Shown here: one piece after another, positions 13,396-25,274 of the stretch
How positions within the stretch are numbered: position 1 is the first letter of the stretch
Layout of the letters: each line of letters opens with the position of its first letter
Assembly: GCF_006345805.1 (NCBI RefSeq)
Contig: NC_042999.1
Location: 71,052,001-71,116,000 of the forward strand
Length of the DNA stretch: 64,000 nt
Direction of reading: 5' to 3'
Source of the DNA: Octopus sinensis
Lineage: Eukaryota
Notes under the pieces: generated by a model
Databases searched by the model: none
Told to the model about the DNA's origin: nothing
Seen by the model: the letters and a program-made list of their open reading frames with translations, nothing else
Translations under genes and position numbers: made by a program

Positions 13396-14094
13396 ATATG
13401 TATATATATGTACATATCTATTATATATGTACATATACATGCATATATGGGTACAGGACATTAAAAAACGTGGAACACAATGAGAAATGAAAACATAAAC
13501 ACAAAAACATAGAAACGAACTTTTTTTCAAACAACGAAAAAAAACAGAGTGCAAGACATACAACACAAAGAATATTCCCATTCTTCAGTTGTCCCTGTTT
13601 TGTCTACTCTGCGTTCGAATGTAAGGACAAGGCGCGACTTCGTTGAAACAATCCTTCCCGCAAAACAAATTAAATAAAATTTGGGATATTTTGCGGAAGG
13701 TAAAAATGGTAACAAGAACAGGACAGTAAGAACAAAATAGTGAAAACAATAAAAAAGTAAAAACAGTAAAAGACAGAACAATGAGAACAAAACAGTAAAA
13801 ACAAACGATGAGGGCTGTTAAGCCAAGACGATGGAAACTTTATTGTGAACGTTTAAGGAGACAGCTTATGAAAGAGACAGGATAAGCTGGTCAGGTCTTG
13901 GTGAAGATAGCAATTGGAAAGACGGGTTCCCTCTGATCACGTGTCAGTGACGAGAGAGTCGAGGAGGAGGAGGTATACGCACACATACATGTTAGTATGC
14001 ATATATCTACAGACGATATTCAAATGAATTTCTATACACTGGTTCTTATTATCAAGCTATCGCGCTGTCAGTTGTAAGAGTTTGGAAATTTTAC

Positions 14095-14302
14095 TATTTT
14101 CACCCTGCGCGCATAAGCGAAAGCAGGGTACTGTAATTACTCATCTTTGTCAGTTTGTCTGTGTGTTTGCAAAATTACTGGGAAACGACCGAACAGATTT
14201 TCACCAAATTTGGCAGATATACTTATTGGATGAGTGGCTCGAAATGATGAAAGTTTGGTTTTATTATATTCAAACATACATAAATACATACATAGATATG
14301 CG

Positions 14303-14345
<43 letters not shown>

Positions 14346-14950
14346 TGATGGATTTGAAGGTTTCGTTTATTTACGAGTCGATTTCTTAATTTCACCGGAG
14401 TATAAGTACCTATAATGGTGATATTTAAAAAAAGAAATTACAAATCTCCCGACAAGCAAGTTGTCATATTGTTTATATCCTACAACGAACTACAGTACGT
14501 TTGATTCACTTGTCATCATTGACAGACGTTGCTATGCAATATTTCTATAAGTATTTCATTTTGTTCACTTCCTTTTTCATATGAATCGACCGTCGTTTGC
14601 GTGTGTATAAATCATGGTGTACCTATGCGCGTAGACACGTGTGGGTACATACATGCATGCATAGATATATGACTGTGTTTGTGAATTGCGCGTGTGCGTG
14701 TGTGTGTGTGTATAAGATCAGATGTATACACTTTTGTGTGTGTGTATGAGATCAGGTTTCGTTTATTCGAGGGTTTCGTTTATTCAAGGGCTGATTACTT
14801 AATTTCACCGTTCTTTGGCTTCTAACACTCTTTTAGTCAAACACTTATAAAGCTTAATTCAGTTCAAGTAAAAAGCCTACATAAGCCACACTATAATTTA
14901 CGAAAGAATTTATCTGCGCGCAGGGTATGCCGCCTCTCCAATGCCTTTTT
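14095..14950 (+). mobile_element. DINE-1/HINE-like (Helentron-associated) non-autonomous element
   Basis: 12-bp subterminal inverted repeat accctgcgcgca (14102-14113) / tgcgcgcagggt (14915-14926); 5' hairpin with gcagggt (14123-14129); gtttgtctgtgtgtttg microsatellite; T-rich ends. Confidence 0.55.
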
Positions 14951-15282
14951 TGTTATCTATCTGTTACAGTCATTAGGCTGCGGCCATGCTGGGTCACCGC
15001 CTTGAAGGGGTTCTACTCGAATGAATCGATTCCAGTAATTATTTTTTGTAAGGCTAGTACTGGTTCTATCTGTTTCTTTTGCCGAACCACTAAGTTACGG
15101 GGATGTAAACACATTAACACCGGTTGTCAAGCAGTGATGGGAAACAAACACAGGCATACAGACACACATGCACACACATATACGACGGGATCCATTCAGA
15201 AGTCACTTGCCCAAGGTGCCACACAGTGGGACTGAACCAGGAATAATATAGTTGGGAAGCAAGCTTTTTACCACTCAGCCAC
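14950..15282 (-). mobile_element. tRNA-derived SINE (family B)
   Basis: Head gtggctgagtggtaa (A-box)...ggttcagtccc (B-box); tail ggcggtgacccagcatggccgcagcc matches the CR1/L2-like LINE 3' end at 44127-44186. Confidence 0.8.
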
Positions 15283-15763
15283 ATCAGGAAACGAGAAGCT
15301 AAAGGTGAAAAAAAAAGAAATGTAGTAAAATAAAACAAATAAAGTAAAATAGGATCAAGTAATGGAGATATAAATCAAGTAGACTAAAGGAGCTACATTT
15401 TAGAGTTAACTAGTTGCATTATTTTCGCACTCGAGTACAAGCTTGTATTTTAATTACTACTATAAATATTAGGAGAATCAACTGTTCATTTGTGGATACC
15501 GTTTAACTAATTTATATGAAAGATGAATAGCTAATTAGTTCACAGATTAAATATCTACGCTAATTACGTTTATCATTACTCTTTAAATGTGATAGTGCTA
15601 AACTTCTAAGCAAAATCGACTCGGTCAGACTGGGACTAGATTAACTAAATAAGGTATAATAAGGTAGAATTAGATAGAAAAGATACAAGTTATACTAACT
15701 AGAGAGCTGACACAGGGTTTCTAGTAATAGTAGAGTCAATCGTATTTAGATTAAAGCTATTTC

Positions 15764-15955
15764 AAGGGGTGTTCATTAAAGATTTCACCTGACCCACTTC
15801 CGGTTATTGTAGGAAACGGAACTTGTACATAAAGTAGAAGCCGCCATTTTGGAGGATCACCGCATAACTATTCGACAACTAGCCCAAGAAGTGAAGATAA
15901 GTGTAGGGTCCGTAGAAAAAGAACTATTCACAATCATTTGCACATGCGGAAGTTT
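15764..15955 (+). mobile_element. Internally deleted mariner fragment
   Basis: TIR-like aggggtgttcattaaa...cctgacccactt, then EDHRITIRQLAQEVKISVGSVE homologous to the 4449 ORF; followed by an 18-bp repeat x3 (15953-16008). Confidence 0.75.
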
Positions 15956-16747
15956 TAGGAAGGACATATGGTTTAGGAAGGACATATTGTTTAGGAAGGA
16001 CATATGGTACATGTGCGGACATCGTATTATTCCTGTACGTAGAAAATAGCAAACATTGCATTTTCTGATGTGTGCCGAGGCTTCGCCAGGTGCATGTGGT
16101 ACAAACTTTTATAGATGCTCATATTTTCGGAAACTTCACATAGAATCAGACAACACTTTTTTACGGAACACAGCATGCACTTTTGAAATGTGCTCGTTGC
16201 TTTGGAAACAGGACGCATTTTCAACTTTTTTAAAATCATGTAGTACAAGCTTTTACAGTTACTTGCTATTTCGGAAACTACGATTCGACTTCAGTAACAT
16301 GAAAATTCGCATCAAGGTAAAACTGGCAATGATCAATAAATTAACGATGAGTGATATTCTTGGCCTTAATATTATGCAACAAAACAATAAGATAATCATT
16401 TTCGAGATAAACCAGACCACAAAAAATTTCTAATGACTTGTACTCCTTAAAGATGAAAACAAAACAAAATAATAAAACACTAATATAAAGTCATGTACTG
16501 ATTATTGATAAAATTATGTAACCTATATCATAATAAGATTGGAACTTAAGAAACTCTCAATTAAAAATAAGCTATGAAAGATAACATGCCACACGGGAAT
16601 ATTGAATAATTCATCAGATAATGCAAAATGTTGATGGTGTATTGATTTTGTAGAGAAAGTGAAAAGGATTATATAATTAATGACAAACGTAATATCGCAT
16701 GTTCTGTTAGGCAAAATCCTAAAAGTCGTGATATAAGAATAAAAGGC

Positions 16748-16765
16748 GAGAGAGAGAGGGAGAGA

Positions 16766-16858
<93 letters not shown>
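16748..16858. repeat. (AG)n microsatellite
   Basis: Directly visible. Confidence 0.97.
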
Positions 16859-16862
<4 letters not shown>

Positions 16863-18739
16863 TTTTATTATATCAGTTTTTTATTTCTCGCAAGTGCTAT
16901 TTTGAAAATAACGAAATTATTAGTACATCATGAAGAGTTAAATTATTTAAATTTTGTATTTTTCACACAAACGTATATACATATATATACATCACACACA
17001 CAAACACACACACACACACAACGATATGACGCTATCAAAACCAGAGATAATCCAGAAATAAGTATTAGTTTTTGCGTGCTAGAATTTGGATGATTTGAAT
17101 GACATTCCCATTTCTTCAATGGCTAATGTTTACTGATATAGTGTTCAAGATGGTAATTAGCAGAAGTACTCAGTCAAACAAATTGAATTTAATTCTTCAG
17201 TAAGAGACAGCGACTGTTGGGAGTGGTAGAATGACGGCTTAAGTAACTTGCTAGATTTAATTAGGCCCCTTTATGTTGTATGTTCAAATGTTTTGGAGGA
17301 AACATTTGTCTCTCATGATTCCGGAGAGAATGAAATAAATGAAAGTAAAAAAATATTGTCAATTGAATAAATTCCAAATGTTTAAAATTGAATCTTCTTT
17401 TATGAAGGGCAATGAAAAACGAAAGTGATATATCAAAAGTCTTATGATATTTAGATACCTTCCTCTGTATTTTGAGTTCAGATTTTACCAGAGTTGACTG
17501 CAGTTTTATACAACACGGGTTCGATAAAAGAAATACCAGCAGGGCTGTATTAGCAGCATTATAGCCCTTCTGGCAAATCAGAGCACTGGGCCGCATATTA
17601 TTTATTGGCAGCAAGCTTCAGCATACATAGCTCAGGACCGGGTCTCTAAACACGTGAGGCTCCTGGGCAACTATGCCTTGTGTTCCTATGCCTTAAGACG
17701 GAATTGAATATATGTGAAGTTCTTGTGTAGATTTGATCAACTGTAATTTATTCCTACCAATGTATGCACTTGACTTCACTCCAATGTCCCGTCAGAGAAT
17801 GATGTTTTTGATTTCTCTAGAGTTTATAAAATAATCACCAGTTTTAAACTGGAATGCTACTAGTTTATAGCATTGGGTTACTTTAATTTCTGCTTTTAGC
17901 TATTAAGAATATATTGTATTTAGGGCGATAAAACGGTTAGAATTATCGAGCAACAGATTAAAAAGACTTCAAGCATCCCCAGTTTAAATCCTATCAGTTA
18001 TTTATTTCCGATTTCATTATTCCACAGTCTATAAAATAAAGTTGTAATAGTTGCTACCGTACAAAGTTTGGCCTTGTGCCTGGTGAAATGCAACCTTTAA
18101 GCATTGTCATTACAAATTCACTATCTTGGCATTGTTATATTAAGAAAGAAAATACCAAGCTCTTATAAATATCGTTAAATACATCTGCATCTTGCCATAT
18201 TGATTTTAAAATCAATTGAAATGTTTATCAGTTATTTTGGCAGATCATATTCATATTTAGCTTGCATTACTAGACTATCAGTCTGCCATTACGTACGAAG
18301 ATATAACTTGGAAGTAAAAGACACGCACACATACATGCATACATAAACACTCAAATATATACATGCATATATATACATGCACTTATAAAATTGCAATATT
18401 TCAATTATTCACATCACTTAAGTACACTAATCCCCTTGATGTATTACGAATTTTCAGTTCCACTCTTAAACTATAGAACCTCTGTTCCACAGTTTCAAGA
18501 AGAAATCAATAACTATAAGATTATTTAAATTCTGAGACTACAGTAGGTAAGACTGTGGTAAGGCGAAATTGCAATATGGATTAAGTCCCCAGTTAAAGCA
18601 ACGTGAGGATCTGCAAAATTGATACTGCATCCGATTTATCGCTTTGTTAAAATAGGGGTTTTCATACCTGATCTAAAAAAGTCAACGGCTTATATGTATT
18701 ACTTAAACTCTAAAGGGAACATGTAGCTTCCTTAAAAGA

Positions 18740-18975
18740 TAGAGGAGCTGGACACATTGCTGAAGAACTGATCAGAGCCATTGATGGCTTACTCACTGGG
18801 AAAGCTCCGGGATTGGACGACATCCCACCAGAGATCATGACATGTGCAAGGAGAGTTCTACTCTGCACTTGCTGAAACTACTCTGTCAGTGATGGGTGAA
18901 TGGAAGAGTCCCACAAGACATGAGAGACAGCAACATTATCAACCTCTATAAGAACAAAGGGTACAGAACTGTTAA
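18740..18975 (+). mobile_element. RTE (BovB-like) LINE internal fragment
   Basis: EELIRAIDGLLTGKAPGLDDIPPEI and GRVPQDMRDSNIINLYKNKG, the pre-RT region of RTE ORF2. Confidence 0.75.
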
Positions 18976-19149
18976 CTGCTATTGATAGAATAGATAACTG
19001 GTTGCGATTAATCACTAAATATTGGCAAAATACGAGCGTCAGTATTTATAAAATACTAATCACGCAACCCAGCAAACTGAATCGCTTTTAATTTCATGAT
19101 TTCCAACAGTGCAAGCAGATAGCTTAAATGATATTAGAAAGAATTCTAA

Positions 19150-19580
19150 GGCGGCGAGGCGGTAGAATCGTTAGCACACTGGACAAAACGCTCAGCGGCA
19201 TTTCGTCCGTCTTCACGTACTGAGTTCAAATGCCACCGAGGATCATTTAAGGATCGATAAAATAAGTACCAGCGGAACACTAGGGTCAATGTAACCGACC
19301 TAACGCCTCCCCCGAACTTGCTGGCCTTGTGCCAAAAATTTGAAATCCATAATAGAAGGATTTCTAAGGCAGCGAGTTGGTGCAGAATCCCTAGTGAACC
19401 TCGCAAGATGGTTAGCGGCATTTTTGCCCGTCTACACGTTCTGAGTTCAAATGCTGCCAAGGTCGACTTTGTCTTTCATCTTTTCAGGGTCGATATAAGT
19501 ACCAGTGGAACACTGGGGTCGATGTAACAGACTTAATCTTCCCCCAAAATTGCTGGCCCTGTGCCAAAATTTGAAACCGA
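19150..19580 (+). mobile_element. Two tandem tRNA-type SINEs (family A)
   Basis: ggc.gcgag..gg.agaatc head, gagttcaaat B-box, tcgata(aaat)aagtaccag core, gctggcc.tgtgccaaaa-tttgaaa tail; present twice. Confidence 0.85.
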
Positions 19581-20234
19581 TATTAGAAGGATGTCTTTTT
19601 TTAAAGTTTTAATATGTCTGAAGGACAGTGCCATGACTTTTGCAGTCACGTGAAATTGATGCAATTTATGCTCAGTTGAGTATCTGCAGTAAAAATGTCA
19701 ATGGGGAGAGAATCGAACGGGTAGTGTGGTAACATTAATTAGTAGTTAAATCACCCAATAGGGATTCAAGAGAGCAATTCATCGGAGTATATACACAAGA
19801 AAACTTTAACCTTCGATAAATATATACTACATGTCCATAGTTGTCACTCGTACATGCTAATATTAGAGGAATATTTCTCATTAGCTCATGGTTTCTTATC
19901 ACATAATATTATTAATAATTCGATTTTTTTACTCACTATGTTAAAAATGACAGCGCTAACTTGACCAATTTTTCACAGTATTAACTACCAACTAATTTAC
20001 TAGAAATAGCAACAAAATCTCATTGAAAAAGTACTCTGATGTCTTGGAAAAGGAAGGCCATATTGTTTTGGACAATGTAGTTATAAATACAATATAAAAG
20101 AGTCATGATGATGATCATAGCTGGAATGCCTTTAATTACAAGACTGTTGCAACAACGAAACCTTGATACCAGCAATATTAAAATGTATGTATATATGCAT
20201 GAGTGTGTATGTGTGTGAGTGCGCGTGTATGTAT

Positions 20235-20612
20235 CAATGCTTAGCGGCATTTCGTCAGTTTTATGTTCTGAGTTCAGATTCTGCTGAGGTCGAATTTGCC
20301 TTTCTTCCTTTCGAGGTCGATAAAATAAGTACCAGTTACGCACTGGGGTCAATATATTATGGATTTTTTCCGTTTGTCCTTGTTTGTCCTCTCTGTGTTT
20401 AGCCCCTTGTGTAGTAAAGAAACAGGTATTTTAGTAAAGAAACAGGTATTTCGTCTGCCGCTACGTTCTGAGTTCAAATTCCGCATGGGTCGACTTTGCC
20501 TTTCATCCTTTTGGGGTCGATTAAATAAGTACCAGTTGAACTCTGGGGTCGGTGTAATCGACTTAACTCCTCCCCGAAATTGCTGGTCTTGTCCAAAAAT
20601 TTGAAACCAATA
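20235..20612 (+). mobile_element. Two family A SINE bodies, the first ending in a Tx1-like tail
   Basis: SINE core at 20235-20350, then ttgtcctctctgtgtttagccccttgtgtagtaaagaaa (20385-20422) similar to the Tx1 3' end; second body at 20445-20612. Confidence 0.75.
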
Positions 20613-21236
20613 TTAAAATAACAACAAAAACATTAAAAGGTATATATTCGTTGGCGAAATTTTGGCATACATTTTAAAATTGGTTAGCTCTGATGGTTGG
20701 TGTTGATATTTGAGTCCAAAGGGTAATTATGTATCACGAAATGGCAGGGGAGTTATCTACTTATGACTTGGTCTAAGAACTAGTGCGTGCATATGAAGCT
20801 AGCAGATGTTCTAAGAACTTCACTTTAAATTAATACTTGTATTATTACCAAATTAAAAAATACTGCATTATTACTAAATCAAGAAATTTGTATTATTACT
20901 AAACCAAACAGTAAACCTCTAAATAGGCTGTTATTACTGACGTCCGTTACTTGGCCAATATTTATTTAATTTTATATACAAGATAAAACGAAGAACGTAG
21001 AGTGGATTACAGTTCGACAGAGCAGCTGTATAGGATATAAACAGAACAACATGGTACCTCTTCAGAAGTCGGAGATAATTACATTCAGTATTTCAGAGAA
21101 ATTAATGCTCATCAAGAGAGCTCTCTGGATAACTTGCCGAAGGAAGTACTACGTTGTAATAGCCAATTAGGAGTTATTATATACATCGGAATTGACACTG
21201 GGCTAATCTTTCTACCTCAGTATGTATGTATGTATG

Positions 21237-21270
<34 letters not shown>

Positions 21271-21964
21271 TGTATGTATGTATGTATGTATGTATGTATG
21301 TATGTGTGTATATGTGTGTGTTTGTGTGTGTAAGTGCGTGTGTGTGTATCAATGTTTGTGTATTTACATACACAATATTTACATACATAAGCATATGTGT
21401 GTGCGTGTGTATATATATACATACATACACACACACATATATATATATATCGAGAGAGAGAGAGAGAGAGAGTATGTGTGTGTAGTTGTACACACAAATA
21501 CATACATGCATTCATACATACATACACATATGTATATATATATATATTTGCGTATATGTAGTTTTACATATACCTATATATATATATATATATATTTATG
21601 CACACATCACACACAAACACACATATGCAAACAAACACACACACAAACATATATATACACATATAAACACACACGGGGAGTGAAAGGGACGTGAAAATAT
21701 GATTTCATAAATTTATCCTCGGTTTCTTTTGAAGGTAAGATATGAATACTTCTGCAATAATTTTGTCATAGCATTAATGAATAATATAACAACAAAAATA
21801 ATGTCTATACTCGATACAAGATAAATAATAATCCAAAGCATTTAATTATCTAAAAAAGGGGTACAATTTGGGATGTTCCTTAATATATTACCAAAAACAT
21901 GACGAACATATACATAAATTACCTGTACTCGTTCACACACGCACAAACATACACTACTTACACA

Positions 21965-22132
<168 letters not shown>

Positions 22133-22134
22133 TG

Positions 22135-22583
22135 ATGTTTCAAAAAATGATGGGTGAATGTAGCATGGATTGCACGTGAGAATGACGGAGCCAGCTTGAG
22201 CATAATCCTATGAACCAAAAGAGAAAAAAAAACCAAAAAATAAAAGGAAACAAAGAGACCCACTTACTGTAATGTATTCTCTTTTTGTATGACACTACTA
22301 CCCAAGGTTCCCGTGGTCTTTTCCCTAGGCTTTTCTATTCACGGACAAACCTAATCTGTTTTCCCTTTTTACATTGACATTTCTGTGATACACGATCCCT
22401 ATTGATCGACCCCACTTTTTTTCCCTTTTGATCGGAATTCCCCCGCCTCTTTTTTACCCGATCCCTTTTGATCGGAATTCGTCCCCCCTTTTTCTCCCTT
22501 CTCTCCTTCCCAAAAAGAAAAGCTCTACCTTGTATTTTGTCCCTTCTGTGTTTAGCCCTGCGTAGCCAATAAAGAAATCTATC
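22135..22583 (+). mobile_element. 5'-truncated Tx1-like copy (ORF2 end plus 3' UTR)
   Basis: gatgggtgaatgtagca...cttgagcataatcctatga matches 29732-29796; shared UTR motifs; ends aataaagaaa-tctatc. Confidence 0.85.
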
Positions 22584-22787
22584 TTGATTGGTTTGGATTT
22601 TAATGACCGCGATTATCAACTCCGTAACCTCCAGCGTGTATTTGGCTGGTAAGGTACTGTAAATATTCTGCTGAATATTCCTAGTTCATGAACCAGTCAA
22701 CAAAGTAAAGCAGAAATAGATATTCCAAGGGAATAGTTCACGTCACATAATGAAATGGCTGGTGATTGGCATATTAAATATTTAATT

Positions 22788-22930
<143 letters not shown>

Positions 22931-23134
22931 CTGTCTATGGACGTGCTGTCTCTTCGACTCCGAAGGTAATTGTTTATTTTGACTATTTATAGCCCAATTT
23001 TTGTGTACATTTTTGTAAATAAGTTGTGTAAGGCACCCAACTTTCGTTTGAGTGCTTTTCCAAGGAGGAATTCGCCCCTAGGGGCAGTTTCAACCCCATT
23101 TAATTTTTGTAATTTCTTTCTAGACATTTTCAAA

Positions 23135-25208
23135 ATGTCAAGAAATTGTATTGTAGAACGATGGTCGCGTTCCTTTATCGACCAGCTTTCTCCTAGACTG
23201 GAAACGCTAGGAGAAAAAAAGAATTTTGCGCGCAAAGTAAAATTATCAATGAATTTGCAATGAACGCTACTACTACGTGTAGTAACAGCCCTGTCGCCAA
23301 CACCGCCACTAGCAAGAACAACATAGAGACTTCTACTGTTAACACCAGCGCCTTCACCACCACCACCACCACCGCCGCCACCTCATCCACTACCTCAACT
23401 ACCAACAGCAACAACAATAACAATGACAACAAAAATAAAAATTGCGCCACCATTTCGACATCTGCTGCCTCGGCTGTCTCTTCTGCCACTGACACCACCA
23501 ACAACAACAAAAGCAACAACAACAACAATTCCGTTCAGACCTGTTTTACTCCAACAACAAGAACTGAAGTGAATAAACAAAAAACTGTAACCACCAAACA
23601 AATTGACAAAAGCTGCTCGAATACAGGGATAAATTATGAAAATAATTTTCCACCCCCTTCCTACTTGCACAATCGAACCAAACACACCAATTTTACAAAC
23701 TGCAGCCAACAACAACATCACCACCAGCAACAACAATAACAAAACAACAACAAATTTCGCTGAGCCGATTAAAGAAAACAAAACAACAGTATATTTTACT
23801 GCTCAACAAATACAAGACACAAACATTACAATAACAGAATTAGATGGTATAGTGAAGATAAACATACCAGAAGAAATATTGGAAGATGAAAAAAAAGAAC
23901 AATTATTTATAAAATAATTAACAAGAAAACAAAAAGCCAAGAGAAGGCTAACACAAGCAAAATAGAAAAATGCTTGAAACCCATCTGGAACTACAAAGAC
24001 TATGTGACCTGGTGGAACAAGTTCGCCCACATAAAAGTGGTTTTCCACACCGAAGAGTTAGCTAGACGTTTCTCAACGCTAACTCTTCATTCAGATGAAC
24101 TCCAACTTACACCAAGCTATCGGGGACAGAAAGTGACTAAGATCACGTTAAACAATGTCCCCAAAATAGCTAATAATCTATGGCTTGTAAAGGCCTTATG
24201 TGTAAAAATGACAAATTTTACTATTTTAGAAACCACGGTCACGGAGCACAAACACTGGGTGGGAAAAAAAAAAGAATTTCTTCTACATATAAATCAAGAA
24301 GACATAAAAAAAATACCCACCCAGATATATGTATCAGACGACCACAAGTTGTATGTGGTCGTCGATGGCAGAAGACCACGTTGCTACATATGCGGCAGTG
24401 AGCAACACCTAAAAAAAGACTGCAAATCTGCCGCAAGAAAACAACAGCAACAACAACAGCAGCCGGAAAAAACCCCAAATAAACCAACTCCCAAACCAAG
24501 GACATCTGCCAAAAAGACACTCAGCGAAAATGAAGAAACAATTACAACTCCAAATCCCCACAAAATTGAGACCCAAACAACACAACAATACCTACAATCA
24601 CTCAAACACAAAATACCCACACCCCACCTCCAAAACCGCATACACCACAACCAAACGCTCACCAACCAACACCAACAACAAAATCAACACAGTCTACAAT
24701 AGACCCCAATATTTTCCCTCTTCCAAGCTCTGATTCGTCTGATTTGTCATTAGACGAAGAAGACACGGAAGATTGGCAAATAGACACAGGGGGGAGAAGA
24801 AAAAGGGGGAAAAAAAGAAAAGAAAAAATAACAAACAAAGCAGGAAGATACACCACTCCCGAAACAAAAACATCCACAGAAAACAAACACATCAACACAA
24901 ACACACCATCATCAAACCCCCCAACAATGTTGACAGCCATAAACACAAACAACCACGACCTAATGGAACACATTAGGTCAAACACCAACATAACTGAAAA
25001 CGACATAAAAACAAGTAACCACCCACGCACAACACCACCACAACACATTAAAATAATACACCAAACACAGAACACATACAGCACCCTAAAATCTCTTTAC
25101 CCTGATGCAGTAGGGAGATTTCAAAAGTATTCATCGAAAAAACTGTACAAAAGCCTCATAGAAGAAGACCGTGAGGTGAAAGACAAAGGACTTTCGAACA
25201 ACAAGTAA
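23135..25208 (+). pseudogene. Tx1 ORF1 (gag-like), broken across several frames
   Basis: T/N/Q-rich N-terminus, RRM-like region, VVVDGRRPRCYICGSEQHLKKDC zinc knuckle, basic RRKRGKKRK patch; several frameshifts and stops. Confidence 0.75.
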
Positions 25209-25274
25209 CCTTTTCTCTCTCTCTTTCCTTTTTTGCACTTTCTTTTCGTGTGTAAAATACAATTTTATCGGAAC

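Noticed and set aside
13560-13650. CUGAAGA on the minus strand in an AT-adjacent repeat, possibly a permuted hammerhead
   Set aside because: GGACAA/UUGUCC can pair, but there is no intact GAAA or stem II, so it cannot be supported
19150-19240. tRNA gene
   Set aside because: The A/B boxes belong to a SINE head; no complete cloverleaf
21040-21220. Protein-like open frame (HGTSSEVGDNYIQYF...)
   Set aside because: No recognisable homology or clear splice sites; the ORF length comes from the following microsatellite
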